A DNA stretch of 64,000 nt from Octopus sinensis (Eukaryota). The stretch lies in the NCBI RefSeq assembly GCF_006345805.1, contig NC_043005.1, forward strand, positions 56,110,001 through 56,174,000. The letters run 5' to 3'. The first letter of the stretch is position 1, and each line of letters starts with the position of its first letter. Below, piece after piece: positions 63,755 through 64,000 of the stretch. Made by a program: the position numbers and the translations under genes. The notes beneath the pieces were generated by a model. The model was not told the origin of the DNA. It did not search any database and saw nothing but the letters and a program-made list of their open reading frames with translations.

Positions 63755-64000
63755 GCCTTACTGGCACCTGTGCTGGTGGTATGTGTAAAAGGATTCGGGC
63801 GAGGTCGTTGCCAGTACCGCCTGACTGGCCCCTGTGCCGGTGGCACGTAAAAAGCGCCCGCTACACTCTCAGAGTGGTTGGCGTTAGGAAGGGCATCCAG
63901 CTGTAGAAACTCTACCAAATCGAGATTGGAGCCTGGTGCTGCCATCTGGTTTGCCAGCCCTCAGTCAAAATCGTCCAACCCATGCTAGCATGGAAAGCGG
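63755..64000 (+). mobile_element. RTE 3' UTR/tail fragment running off the window
   Basis: gtggcacgtaaaaagcgcccgctacactctcagagtggttggcgttaggaagggcatccagctgtagaaac. Confidence 0.85.

Overview
AT-rich, repeat-dense eukaryotic genomic DNA. The SINE and RTE-tail families and the very long compound microsatellites suggest a coleoid cephalopod, probably octopus; this is recognition from memory, not a search result. Most of the window is intron. Best-supported content: a 5'-truncated RTE-clade LINE with an uninterrupted RT ORF, an embedded PHD-like finger and a tandemly amplified 3' tail (54.0-58.0 kb), plus a second RTE fragment (59.8-60.9 kb); two Penelope-like GIY-YIG pieces, one Naiad-type (41.7-42.2 kb) and one 762-bp unit with a 13-bp TSD, a tRNA-like Pol III head and two inverted hammerhead-like cores (23.1-23.8 kb); two R4/Dong-like RLE retrotransposon fragments; an internally deleted mariner; hAT- and piggyBac-type MITEs; three long foldback hairpins; a 5S-rRNA-derived fragment; and many tRNA-derived SINEs. 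Manual splice-site reading suggests two convergent host genes made of small, phase-compatible exons: a + strand gene ending near 30.5 kb and a - strand gene ending near 31.4 kb. Neither protein is recognised, and such chains can arise by chance, so these models are tentative. Nearly all ORFs in the supplied track are microsatellite or SINE artefacts.
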